Shown here in pieces: positions 28,369 to 37,535 of a DNA stretch of 64,000 bases. Position numbers and translations under genes: made by a program. The stretch is from Candidatus Methylomirabilota bacterium (GTDB taxonomy: Bacteria; Methylomirabilota; Methylomirabilia; Rokubacteriales; CSP1-6): contig JBKOUQ010000147.1 of NCBI GenBank assembly GCA_046723475.1, positions 23,487 through 87,486 on the forward strand. Reading direction: 5' to 3'. The notes under the pieces were generated by a model. That model was not told where the DNA came from. It made no database searches and saw only the letters and a list, made by a program, of their open reading frames with translations. The number at the start of each line of letters is the position of its first letter. Position 1 is the stretch's first letter.

Positions 28369-29285
28369 GATCGCTGTCGCACGCGGGGGTCGAGCCAGCC
28401 GTAGGCGAGGTCCACGACGAGATTTGCCAGCGTGTACACGATCGACGTGAACCACACCGCGGCCATGACGACGGGAAAGTCGCGGTTGAGCAGCGCCTGC
28501 ACGGTGAGCCGGCCGAGACCGGGCCACGCAAAAATCGTCTCGGTGATCACGGCGCCGCCGAGCAGCTGTCCCGCCTCGAGGCCCGCGAGCGTGACGATCG
28601 GGATCGCCGAATTTCGGAGTGCGTGCTTGGCGACCACACGCGGCTCGGCCAGACCCTTGGCGCGCGCCGTCAGGACGTAATCCTCGCCGAGCGCCTCCAG
28701 CAGCGCGGAGCGGGTCAACCGCGCAACGCGCGCGGCATAGAACGCGGCGAGCACGATCGAGGGCATGACGAGATGCGAGAGACCGCCGATTCCTCCGGTG
28801 GGCAGCCAGCGGAGCTGCACGGCGAAGAGGTACATCAGCATCAGGCCGAGCCAGAAACCGGGGGTGGCTTGGCCGAGCACGGTGAGGACCGTGCCGACGT
28901 GGTCGATCGCACTGTCGCGTCGCACGGCCGTAACGATGCCGAGCGGCACGGCGATCGCGAGCGTCAATACGATTGCCGTGCCGGCCAGAAGCAGCGTCGC
29001 CGGAAGCCGCTCCAGCACGAGACCGAACGCGTCGCGCCTGTAGCGCAGCGACTCGCCGAAGTCGCCTCGGACCGCGCCCTTCACGAACCGCCCGTACTGC
29101 ACGATGAGCGGGTCGTTGAAGCCGAGGCGCTGCCGATATTCGTTGACGTCCTTTGCCTGGATGTCCATCGGCATGAACAACAGCACGGGATCGCCGGACA
29201 GGCGAACCATGAGGAAGACGGCCGTGAGCGAGAGAAACACCACCAGCACCGTCTGAGCCAGCCGTGTCGCGATGAAGGCGCGCAT
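28365..29285 (-). CDS. ABC transporter permease (DppB-like)
   Basis: MRAFIATRLAQTVLVVFLSLTAVFLMVRLSGDP with conserved EAA-loop region. Preceded by a duplicated RBS/start segment. Confidence 0.9.
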   Translation of the reverse strand: MRAFIATRLAQTVLVVFLSLTAVFLMVRLSGDPVLLFMPMDIQAKDVNEYRQRLGFNDPLIVQYGRFVKGAVRGDFGESLRYRRDAFGLVLERLPATLLLAGTAIVLTLAIAVPLGIVTAVRRDSAIDHVGTVLTVLGQATPGFWLGLMLMYLFAVQLRWLPTGGIGGLSHLVMPSIVLAAFYAARVARLTRSALLEALGEDYVLTARAKGLAEPRVVAKHALRNSAIPIVTLAGLEAGQLLGGAVITETIFAWPGLGRLTVQALLNRDFPVVMAAVWFTSIVYTLANLVVDLAYGWLDPRVRQRS

Positions 29286-29333
29286 TCAGTGTTCCTCGTC
29301 CGCGATGAAGGCGCGCATTCAGTGTTCCTCGTA
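29268..29333. repeat. 33-bp tandem duplication spanning the RBS plus first codons of the DppB-like gene
   Basis: cgcgatgaaggcgcgcattcagtgttcctcgt occurs at 29268-29299 and again at 29301-29332, period 33. On the minus strand this gives GAGGAA-ATG MRAFIADEEH* immediately followed by GAGGAA-ATG MRAFIAT... Confidence 0.9.
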
Positions 29334-30059
29334 GCGCCCATGCAGACGAACGGGTCGCCGCCGGGTGCGATAGCGGAGATTGAGCATCTCCACGAAGAGC
29401 GAGAACGCCATGGCGACGTAGATGTACGCCTTCGAGATGTGCTGGCCCATGCCGTCGGCGACGAGCACCACTCCGATGAGGAGCAGGAACGCCAGCGCCA
29501 GGATCTTGACGCTCGGGTGGCGCTCGACAAAGCCGGCGATGGCGCCCATCGAGACGAGCATGACGAGCATCGCGATGACCATGGCGGTCACCATCACGGC
29601 CAGCTCATTCGCCATGCCGACGGCGGTGATCACGGAGTCGAGCGAGAACACGATGTCGAGCACGAGAACCTGGACGAGGACGCCCGCGAAGTGGCCGCGG
29701 CCACCTGCCGCGTGCCCGACGTGGTCGACCTCGAGCTTGTCGTAGATCTCCCAGGTGGCCTTCGCAATGAGGAAGAGCCCGCCGCCGATGAGGATGAGAT
29801 CGCGTCCCGTGAGCGGGTGCCCGAGCACCACGAACAGCGGCCGCGTCAGACCCATCATCCACGAGATCGTGAACAGCAGGCCGATCCGGATGGCGAGTGC
29901 CAGCATGAGGCCCACCCGCCGCGCCGAGGCCTGCTGAGACGACGGCAGCCGACCGGTGATGATCGCGATGAAGACGACGTTGTCGATGCCGAGGACGATC
30001 TCGAGCGCGGACAGCGTGACGAGCGCCACGAGGCCGTCGGCGGTCAGGAGCACGTTCAT
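29319..30059 (-). CDS. TerC family integral membrane protein
   Basis: LEIVLGIDNVVFIAIITGRLP...VLDIVFSLDSVITAVGMA are the duplicated TerC motifs. Confidence 0.9.
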   Translation of the reverse strand: MNVLLTADGLVALVTLSALEIVLGIDNVVFIAIITGRLPSSQQASARRVGLMLALAIRIGLLFTISWMMGLTRPLFVVLGHPLTGRDLILIGGGLFLIAKATWEIYDKLEVDHVGHAAGGRGHFAGVLVQVLVLDIVFSLDSVITAVGMANELAVMVTAMVIAMLVMLVSMGAIAGFVERHPSVKILALAFLLLIGVVLVADGMGQHISKAYIYVAMAFSLFVEMLNLRYRTRRRPVRLHGRYEEH

Positions 30060-30104
30060 CGTCGGCGCATACTACCGCAGCGTCTGTCCGTATACTGGTC
30101 AGCC

Positions 30105-31259
30105 GTGCGCCGAGCCTGGCTCCTCATCGTGCTCCTCGTCGCAGCCACATCTGCGGCGGCGGCGCGCGGTCCCGACGACCTCGTCGCCGACGTGCGCCGC
30201 GCCACCGCGCGCTACCTCGACATCGCGAATGCCCGAGCCGACGGCTATCTGCAGGCGAGCGGCATGGAGCGGCAGCACGGCTACCATTTCGTGCAGCCCG
30301 CCGCCCAGGCGCGGGCGCTCGCCACCGGCACGCTCGATCTCACGGCGCCGCCGGTGTTGCTGTACGTCGAGCGCGACGGCGCGTGGCAGCTCGTTGGCGT
30401 GGAATACGCGCTGCCGTCGACGCCGAAGGACGATTCGCTACCCGGCGCCGTCTGGCATCAGCACGAGGCGTCGTGCCACTATCGCGACTTCCGTGAGATC
30501 GCGGCTCCGAGCGCGCGCGCGTGTCCCGCGCGACACCCGGCGAGCGGTGAGATCTTCGTCGCATGGCATCCGTCGCTCGCCGTCGCGCACGTGTGGGCAT
30601 GGTATCCGAATCCGGGCGGCGTGTTTGCCGAGACGAACCCGTGGCTCGCGCCCTACGGCGGTCTTGCCGCACCGGATCACCACGCCCGCAACCCGGCCGA
30701 GACCTTCTACTCGGAGTTCACCCACCGCATCGCCGGCCTCATCTTGTTGACGCTCGCCGCGCTGACGGTCTGGGAAGCCTGGCGGCCGCGTCGATTTCCC
30801 TGGAACGCGATTTCCGCGCCACTCTGGGTGGCGTTCGGCGTCTACCTCATCCCGAGCAGCGATCCCGAGTCGTGGCCGTATGGGCCGCAGCGGTTCGTGG
30901 AGATCTTCCACGATCCGCTCGTGCTCCAGCACAAGCTACTGGCATTGCTGCCCATAGCGATCGGTGTCATCACCGCGCTGCGCGCGGCCGGTGTGCTGCC
31001 GGGTCGCCGGCTGGCACGCGTGCTGGCCGTGCTGGCCTTGGCGGGCGGTGCCACGCTGTTCTTCCATTTCCACGACGGGCGTGTGCACTTCGACTCGATC
31101 TATCTGCAGCACGCGGTGATGGGCTCCACGGCGGTCGGGGTCGGCGTGGCGCTGCTCATCGGCACGCGAACGGGCGGCGTCCGGCCGTGGCTGACGTGGG
31201 CGTGGCCCGCGTTCCTGACCGCGATGGCGACGGTGCTGTTGTTCTACCGCGAGGGTTGA
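30105..31259 (+). CDS. Membrane protein with a periplasmic N-domain and a His-containing multi-TM C-domain
   Basis: Signal/TM WLLIVLLVAATSAAAA, a ~200-aa soluble region (WHQHEASCHY), then 5-6 TM helices carrying FFHFHDG and LQHAVMG. The 878-aa track ORF's upstream part is an artefact. Confidence 0.55.
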   Translation: MRRAWLLIVLLVAATSAAAARGPDDLVADVRRATARYLDIANARADGYLQASGMERQHGYHFVQPAAQARALATGTLDLTAPPVLLYVERDGAWQLVGVEYALPSTPKDDSLPGAVWHQHEASCHYRDFREIAAPSARACPARHPASGEIFVAWHPSLAVAHVWAWYPNPGGVFAETNPWLAPYGGLAAPDHHARNPAETFYSEFTHRIAGLILLTLAALTVWEAWRPRRFPWNAISAPLWVAFGVYLIPSSDPESWPYGPQRFVEIFHDPLVLQHKLLALLPIAIGVITALRAAGVLPGRRLARVLAVLALAGGATLFFHFHDGRVHFDSIYLQHAVMGSTAVGVGVALLIGTRTGGVRPWLTWAWPAFLTAMATVLLFYREG

Positions 31260-31272
31260 GGGGCTTAATCGC

Positions 31273-31833
31273 CTAACAGGCGTAGGCCTGGTCGGGAGTC
31301 CAGACGGGCTCGTAGTAGCCCGAGGAGTACGGTCGGACCTCGTAGTGGCTGTCGGTCCAGGTGCCGTCGGCGGCCCACGAGCCCGCTACCCAGACCCGCT
31401 CGGTCGTCGCGTACGGCACCCAGCGGTAGGCCCAGTAGCCGGGGCTGACGCACTCGGTCGGCTCAGTGGCGACCGTCTGTGTATAGATGATGGGCTGCTG
31501 CACGACGACGACCTGGGTCGCAGGCGGCGCGGCGACGACGGCGATCGCGTGGCGATGATGCCGACCGTCGGGCGCGGGCAGCACGGTCGACGGAAGCGGC
31601 GCGCTCACGGAGCGCGATGGCGCGAAGGGCTGGGTCGTGACCGGAAACACCGAGGTCGGCGGCACGATGTTGCTCACGGCGGGGGGCGCCACGGCGACGC
31701 GGGAGCTGATGGTGGACGGTAAGAGCGTCGTCGATCGGTCGCCGGCCGCCCAGGCGGGCGGTGCGAACAGCAACATCGCGATCGCGACGAGCGTGCCGTA
31801 ACCAAGTCTCACGCTCAGTTCGACCCCGCCCAT
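31273..31833 (-). CDS. Secreted hypothetical protein with aromatic-rich C-terminus
   Basis: Signal peptide MGGVELSVRLGYGTLVAIAMLLFAPPAWAAG, Pro/Ser/Val-rich linker, then a Y/W-rich C-terminus (YWAYRWVPY...YYEPVWTPDQAYAC). Confidence 0.5.
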   Translation of the reverse strand: MGGVELSVRLGYGTLVAIAMLLFAPPAWAAGDRSTTLLPSTISSRVAVAPPAVSNIVPPTSVFPVTTQPFAPSRSVSAPLPSTVLPAPDGRHHRHAIAVVAAPPATQVVVVQQPIIYTQTVATEPTECVSPGYWAYRWVPYATTERVWVAGSWAADGTWTDSHYEVRPYSSGYYEPVWTPDQAYAC

Positions 31834-31850
31834 CTCGCGCGTATTCAGCC

Positions 31851-32588
31851 TCACGAGCGAATTCTACTCCGCACCACCTCCCACATCAGTTCGGCCCAGC
31901 GTGCGTACCCGATATCCGAGGGATGATAGCCGTCGGCGGCCATGAGCTCGGGTCTCACCGGAACCTCGCGGCGGCTCGCGTCGTAGAGGTCCACGAGCCG
32001 CGCACCGTGGCGGCTCGCCGCGCGCGCCAGGGCCACGTTGAAGTCGACCGAGCGCCGCCCGACCTCGTCCCGCTCAGGCTGGTCTCGAAAACGTGGTGTG
32101 ACCGCGAGGTCCGGGAGGAGATTCACGACGATCACGGCGTGCGTTTCCGCCGCCAGCCCGGCGAGAATCGCGTCCACATTCGTGCCGTAGTCCGCAACCG
32201 CGACCTGTTCGGTGATGTCGTTGGGACCGACGGAGAGCGTCACGAGGTCGGGGTTGAGTGCGAGGGCGCGCGGAAGCTGACGCTCGCGCACGTCGCGCGA
32301 CGTGGCGCCGCCGACGCCGAGGTTGACGACGCGCGCGTGGCGGTACACGCCGCGAAGCCGCGTCTGAAGACGACTGACGTAGTTGAGCTCGGGACGGCTC
32401 GCGCCGATCCCCTCGACGGTGCTGTCGCCAAGAGCGACGTAGACAAGCTCCGCGTCGTGATCCGCGGGCAGCATCCGTGCCGCGGCGCCGCGCGTACCCG
32501 AGCAAGCGGCGAGCAGCGCGAGCGCCAGCGCGCTCGCCACCGCTCGGCTCACCAGCCTGCGGCCGCCTCGATCGTGCTCCGGTACCAC
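31851..32588 (-). CDS. SGNH/GDSL hydrolase lipoprotein
   Basis: Lipobox LLAACSG, GDSxxxG block I (VALGDSTVEG), GxND block III (VGPNDI) and a DGYHP block. Confidence 0.85.
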   Translation of the reverse strand: MVPEHDRGGRRLVSRAVASALALALLAACSGTRGAAARMLPADHDAELVYVALGDSTVEGIGASRPELNYVSRLQTRLRGVYRHARVVNLGVGGATSRDVRERQLPRALALNPDLVTLSVGPNDITEQVAVADYGTNVDAILAGLAAETHAVIVVNLLPDLAVTPRFRDQPERDEVGRRSVDFNVALARAASRHGARLVDLYDASRREVPVRPELMAADGYHPSDIGYARWAELMWEVVRSRIRS

Positions 32589-33500
32589 GGGGCGTCCGGG
32601 AACGTGATCGGCCGCACGGCGGGCAGCGTCACGCCGGCCTTGCGATAGGCGTCCACATACGCGCGCGCCGTGCGTGCGTCGCCGATGCCGCCGAGCATTT
32701 CCGCGAGCGACTCCGGCACCTCGCCTCTTCGATCGAACGCGGCGACACCATCGCCGAGGCCGGCCGCCTGCATCATCGCGCGATAGAACGGCTGCTCGAC
32801 GTAGCGCTTGAGCTCGCCACGGAACGCGGTCATGGCCGCGCGCCGATCGTCGCTCACCGCGAGCGGCACGGCCGCCACGATCTCGAAGCCTGCCAGCGAT
32901 TTGCCCGCGCGCTGCCGGCCGCGCTCGAGCGCGGGCACGGCGACGTCACGGACATAGGCCGGCGGGCACAGCCACAGCACGACGCCGTCGGCGATTTCTC
33001 CGGCCAGCTCGAGCATCTTGACCGACAGCGCGGCGAGGTAGATGGGCGGCGCCGCCGGCCGCGTCGGCAGGGCGAGCGACCAGCGGACACGATAGTGCCG
33101 TCCCTCGAATTCCGCGCCTGAGCCGAGCGCCGCGCGAAGAACGGCGACGTACTCGCGCATCACGGCCAGCGGCTCGACGAGCCGAAGACCGAGCATCGCC
33201 TCCATCGCGCTCTTGTGGCTGACGCCGATGCCCAGCCGGAAACGACCGGCGCTGACCTCGTTGAGCGTGCTGGCCGCCTGCGCCATCGTGATGGGATGCC
33301 GCGGGTAGATCGGCACGACGCCGTTGCCGAGCCCGATGCGCGTGGTCGCCGCGGCGTAGGCCGTGAGGACCACGAACGAGTCGCGGCCGAGTCCGTGAGT
33401 GACCCAGATGCTGTCGTATCCGAGACGCTCGGCCGTGCGCGCGAGGACGATCGCGCTGTGGAGGTCGGCGCCCGGAATCAGGTACGCGGCGAGCGGTATA
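32549..33500 (-). CDS. Luciferase-like monooxygenase (LLM)/F420-dependent oxidoreductase family
   Basis: LAAYLIPGADLHSAIVLARTAERLGYDSIWVTH...GLGNGVVPIYPRHPITMAQAASTLNEVSAGRFRLGIG. The N-terminus is undefined: no ATG/GTG/TTG near the homologous start. It overlaps the OMT 3' end. Confidence 0.65.
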
Positions 33501-34023
33501 GGCTGACCTCCATCGCGTCGTCGTCGAACTCGTACTCGCGGCTCGTGTAATCCGTCGAATTCCGGACGTGATCCAGATACGGCTTCACTTCCTTGCGGAA
33601 CACGCCGGTGTTGTCCGCGATCACGACGGCGCCGGCCACGAGCTTGGGCTGAAGCGAGCGCAGGTAGTCGAGATAGTCCTCTTTCGCCGCGTCGATGAAG
33701 ACGAAGTCGAAGCGCCCCGTCAAGAGCGGCAGCAGGCGCAGCGCGTCGCCCTGGATGACCCGTACCTTGCGACCGAGGCCCGCCTCCTCGGCGTTGTGCT
33801 TCGTCATGCGCGCGAGATACTCGCTGGTCTCCAGACACGTGAGTCGGCCGCGAGGAGGCAGCGATCCCGCGATGAGGATCGCGGAGTAGCCGAGCAGCGA
33901 GCCGATCTCCACCGCGCGCGTCGGACGATGCCGGTCGATCAGGCGGCGGATCACGCGCCCCTTGGCGCGGCCGACGTTCGGGATGTGCCAGAGCCGCGTC
34001 GTGCGGTCCATCAACGCGAGCAT
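33478..34023 (-). CDS. Class I O-methyltransferase (caffeoyl-CoA OMT-like, Methyltransf_3)
   Basis: Start MLALMDR at ATG 34023. VEIGSLLGYSAILIA is motif I, with FDFVFIDAAKEDYLDY and VIADN. Confidence 0.8.
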   Translation of the reverse strand: MLALMDRTTRLWHIPNVGRAKGRVIRRLIDRHRPTRAVEIGSLLGYSAILIAGSLPPRGRLTCLETSEYLARMTKHNAEEAGLGRKVRVIQGDALRLLPLLTGRFDFVFIDAAKEDYLDYLRSLQPKLVAGAVVIADNTGVFRKEVKPYLDHVRNSTDYTSREYEFDDDAMEVSLYRSPRT

Positions 34024-34040
34024 CCGCGCGGCTTTTTTGG

Positions 34041-34994
34041 TCACGCGGCGCCTTTGGACAATCGCGCGGCGACCGGGTCGGGCAGCGGATACTTCCGCGT
34101 CGACGGGCCCGCCTTGACGATCTGACCGGGCAGCGCGCGGCCGATGATCTCCTGCACGCGGCGACTGACGCCCACGAGGCGATCGAGATCGATCCCGGTC
34201 TGCACACCCATCGCGTGCAGGCAGTGCACGAGGTCCTCGGTGCAGACGTTGCCGGAGGCGCCGGGTGCGAACGGACAGCCGCCGAGCCCGCCGATCGAGG
34301 CGTCGAAGTTCGTGACGCCGTGCTCCATGGCGGCGAGAATGTTCGGAATCGCCATCGCGCGCGTGTCGTGCGTGTGCAGCGTCCACTCGATCCCGGGGAA
34401 GCGAGGCATGAGGTACTCGAGCACACCTCCGACCTGCCGCGGGTTCGCCATGCCCGTCGTGTCCGCGAGACCGATGGCGCGCGCGCCCATGTCGATGAGG
34501 CGACCGACGATGCGCTCGAGCTGCGTCACCGGCACGTCACCCTCGAACGGACAGCCGAAGGACGTCGAGATGCCGCAGCCGACGGCGAGCTTCGCGCGCG
34601 CGGCGACCTGCAGTACCGCCCCGAGCCTGTCGAGCGACTCGGCGATCGTCATGTTGACGTTCGCGAGATTGTGGCTTTCGCTCGCGGACAGCACCGTGTG
34701 GATCGCGTCCACCCCCGCGTCGATCGCGCGCAGTGCGCCTTTCTCGTTTGGGACGAGCGCCGCGTAGCGCGTGCCGGGTCGGCGCGTGATGCGCGCCATG
34801 ACCTCTTCGGCGTCGCGCAGCTGCGGCACCGCCTTGGGATGCACGAACGACGTCGCTTCAATGCGCGGCAGCCCGGCGGCCGAGAGCAGGTTCACGACGT
34901 CGATCTTCTCGTCGGTCGGAATGAACTCGGGCTCGATCTGAAAGCCGTCCCGCGTTCCCACCTCGCAGATCGTCACGCGCTCGGGCAGCCGCAT
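34041..34994 (-). CDS. Hydroxymethylglutaryl-CoA lyase
   Basis: VTICEVGTRDGFQ...HTHDTRAMAIPNILAAMEHG...GGLGGCP are HMGL signatures. Confidence 0.9.
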   Translation of the reverse strand: MRLPERVTICEVGTRDGFQIEPEFIPTDEKIDVVNLLSAAGLPRIEATSFVHPKAVPQLRDAEEVMARITRRPGTRYAALVPNEKGALRAIDAGVDAIHTVLSASESHNLANVNMTIAESLDRLGAVLQVAARAKLAVGCGISTSFGCPFEGDVPVTQLERIVGRLIDMGARAIGLADTTGMANPRQVGGVLEYLMPRFPGIEWTLHTHDTRAMAIPNILAAMEHGVTNFDASIGGLGGCPFAPGASGNVCTEDLVHCLHAMGVQTGIDLDRLVGVSRRVQEIIGRALPGQIVKAGPSTRKYPLPDPVAARLSKGAA

Positions 34995-35086
34995 GCCGGA
35001 ACCTCCTCGTCGCAGATGGCCAAAACTGTACCACGCCGAAATCGAACGGCTCGGCGGTGCCCCGGCATGTTCGATCGGGACCGCGG

Positions 35087-35533
35087 CTATCTCGGGCGCC
35101 GGCCGAAGATGCCGAGCCCGCGCACGGTCATGACGACTTCATCGCGCTGGTTCAGCACCTCCGTGAACGTACGCACGATCCCGCGGTCGGGCTTGCTCCG
35201 TGACGGCACCACGTCGATGACGGTGAACCGCGCGCGCAGCGCGTCGCCGGGTCGCACGGGCGCGAGCCAGCGGATCTCATCGCAGCCGGGCGAGCCGAGC
35301 GAGGCCGTGTCGGACAGGAAGCTGTCCCACATGAGTCGCATCATGATGCCGATGGTCTGCCAGCCGCTCGCGATGAGGCCGCCGAACACCGAGTGCCTCG
35401 CTGCGTCTTCGTCGACGTGGAACGGCTGCGGATCGTACTGACGCGCGAAGGTGACGATCTCGTCCTTCGTCAGCGTCCGCGCCGGCGACTCACGCACCTG
35501 TCCCGGCGTGAAGTCCTCGAGATAGAGCGGCAC
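35087..35533 (-). CDS. MaoC-like dehydratase (hotdog fold)
   Basis: FARQYDPQPFHVDEDAARHSVFGGLIASGWQT. Confidence 0.85.
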   Translation of the reverse strand: MPLYLEDFTPGQVRESPARTLTKDEIVTFARQYDPQPFHVDEDAARHSVFGGLIASGWQTIGIMMRLMWDSFLSDTASLGSPGCDEIRWLAPVRPGDALRARFTVIDVVPSRSKPDRGIVRTFTEVLNQRDEVVMTVRGLGIFGRRPR

Positions 35534-35541
35534 GCGCGCGC

Positions 35542-36708
35542 TCAGTAGGAGCGCGGCATGCCGAGGACGTGCTCGCCGATGTAGGCCATCACGAGGTTTT
35601 GATTCACCGGCGCCGTCTTGTACAGGCGCGCCTCGCGGAACTTACGCTCGACGTCGTATTCCTCGGCGTACCCGTAGCCGCCGTGGCAGTCGATACACGC
35701 GTTGCCGGCCTCCCATGCCGCCTCCGCAGCGAGGAACTTCGCCATGTTCGCCTCGGCGCCGCATGGCTCGCCGGCGTCGAACAACGCGGCCGCCTTGTCG
35801 CGCATCAGGGCCGCGGCGGCGACGCTCATGTAGGCGCGCGCGATCGGGAACTGCACGCCCTGGTTGGCGCCGATCGGCTTGCCGAAGATCACGCGCCCAC
35901 TCGAGTACGCGACGGCCTTGTCCGTGAACCACCGGCCGTCGCCGATCGACTCGGAAGCGACGAGAATACGCTCGGCGTTCATGCCGGACAGGATGTACGA
36001 GAAGCCCTTGCCCTCCTCGCCCACGAGGCAGTCGGCCGGGATCTCCATGTCGTCGAAGAAGAGCGCGTTCGTCGAGTGGTTCATCATCATGCGCAGCGGC
36101 CGGATCTCGAGCCCTTTGATGCCACGAATATCGATGAGGAACACGCTGAGCCCGTTGGTGCGGCGCTCGACCTGGTCCGCCGGTGTCGTGCGCGCGAGCA
36201 AGAGCATCAAGTCGGATTGCAGCGCGCGCGAGATGAAGATCTTCCGGCCGTTGATCACGTAGCGGTCGCCCTTGCGCACCGCCGTCGTCTTCAGCTGGGT
36301 CGTGTCGGAGCCCGCGTCGGGCTCGGTGACACCGAACGCCTGCAGGCGCAGCTCGCCCGTCGCGATCTTCGGCAGGTAGCGCTGCTTCTGCGCCTCGCTG
36401 CCGTGGCGCAGCACGGTGCCCATGATGTACATCTGCGCGTGCACCGCCGAAGCACTGCCGCCGTTGGCGTGAATCGTCTCGAGAATCAGCGCGCCATCCC
36501 GGATCGGCAACCCCGCGCCGCCGAATTCTTGAGGGATCAGCGCGCCGAGGTAGCCGGTCTCGGTCAGCTCGCGCACGAACTTTTCGGGGTACTCGCGTCG
36601 GGCGTCGAGCTCGCGCCAGTACTCGCCGGGGTAGCGGCGGCAGATCTCGGTGACCCCTTTCTCCAGGTCGCGCTGCTCGTCCGTGAGGCGGAGCGGTATC
36701 GTCGCCAT
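35542..36708 (-). CDS. Acyl-CoA dehydrogenase
   Basis: FGVTEPDAGSDTTQLKT..., GRKIFISRA, ...CHGGYGYAEEYDVERKFREARLYK. Confidence 0.9.
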   Translation of the reverse strand: MATIPLRLTDEQRDLEKGVTEICRRYPGEYWRELDARREYPEKFVRELTETGYLGALIPQEFGGAGLPIRDGALILETIHANGGSASAVHAQMYIMGTVLRHGSEAQKQRYLPKIATGELRLQAFGVTEPDAGSDTTQLKTTAVRKGDRYVINGRKIFISRALQSDLMLLLARTTPADQVERRTNGLSVFLIDIRGIKGLEIRPLRMMMNHSTNALFFDDMEIPADCLVGEEGKGFSYILSGMNAERILVASESIGDGRWFTDKAVAYSSGRVIFGKPIGANQGVQFPIARAYMSVAAAALMRDKAAALFDAGEPCGAEANMAKFLAAEAAWEAGNACIDCHGGYGYAEEYDVERKFREARLYKTAPVNQNLVMAYIGEHVLGMPRSY

Positions 36709-36717
36709 CGTGTTCCC

Positions 36718-37503
36718 CTAACGGCCCTTGAACTCCGGTTTGCGCTTCTCGTTGAACGCCCGCACGCCCTCGAGTCGGTCCTCGGTGACCACAGTCGCGT
36801 TGTACGCCTCGATGGCGAGGATCATCGCGGTGTCGAGGTCGGTCTCGCTGCCGTAGGCGATCGCCTTCTTCGCCTGTCGGACGGCGATCGGGCCGTTGCG
36901 CGCGATCGTCGTCGCGATCTCCAGCGCCTTGGCCTTCGCCTGACCGGCGGGCACCAGGTGATTGACGAGCCCCGCCGCCTTCGCCTCGTCGGCCTTGATG
37001 CGCCGGCCCGTGAAGATCAGCTCCTTGGCAAGCGGCACGCCGACGATGCGCGGCAACAGCTGCGTGCCGCCGATACCCGGAAAGATGCCGAGCGTGGTCT
37101 CCGGTACGCCGAACACGGCGGTCTCGCTCGCCACGATGAAGTCCGAAAGAATGGTGAGCTCGCAGCCGCCCGCGAGTGCCCAGCCCTCGACCGCGGCGAT
37201 CACCGGAATCGGACAGCGAAGCACGCGCATCGCGCCCTGCTCGAAGATCACGTGCTGCGCGCGCCACGCCTCATCGCTCATGCCGTTGCGCTCTTTGAGG
37301 TCCCCGCCCGCGCAGAACGCGCGGTCGCCCGCGCCGGTCAGGATCACCGCGCGCGCGTCGGGATCGCGCGCGAGCGCGTCGAAGCAGGCGAGGATGTCCT
37401 CGCCCATCGCGGTGTTCATCGCGTTCTGCTGCTCGGGGCGATTGAGGGTCACCGTGACGACGTGGCCGTTGGCGGAGCGATCGACGAGCAGGTGGCGATA
37501 CAT
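36718..37503 (-). CDS. Enoyl-CoA hydratase/isomerase
   Basis: LTGAGDRAFCAGGDLKE...IAAVEGWALAGGCELTILSD. Confidence 0.9.
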   Translation of the reverse strand: MYRHLLVDRSANGHVVTVTLNRPEQQNAMNTAMGEDILACFDALARDPDARAVILTGAGDRAFCAGGDLKERNGMSDEAWRAQHVIFEQGAMRVLRCPIPVIAAVEGWALAGGCELTILSDFIVASETAVFGVPETTLGIFPGIGGTQLLPRIVGVPLAKELIFTGRRIKADEAKAAGLVNHLVPAGQAKAKALEIATTIARNGPIAVRQAKKAIAYGSETDLDTAMILAIEAYNATVVTEDRLEGVRAFNEKRKPEFKGR

Positions 37504-37535
37504 GGGCGCTTATTGTAGCGGGGACCGCGAGTGCG

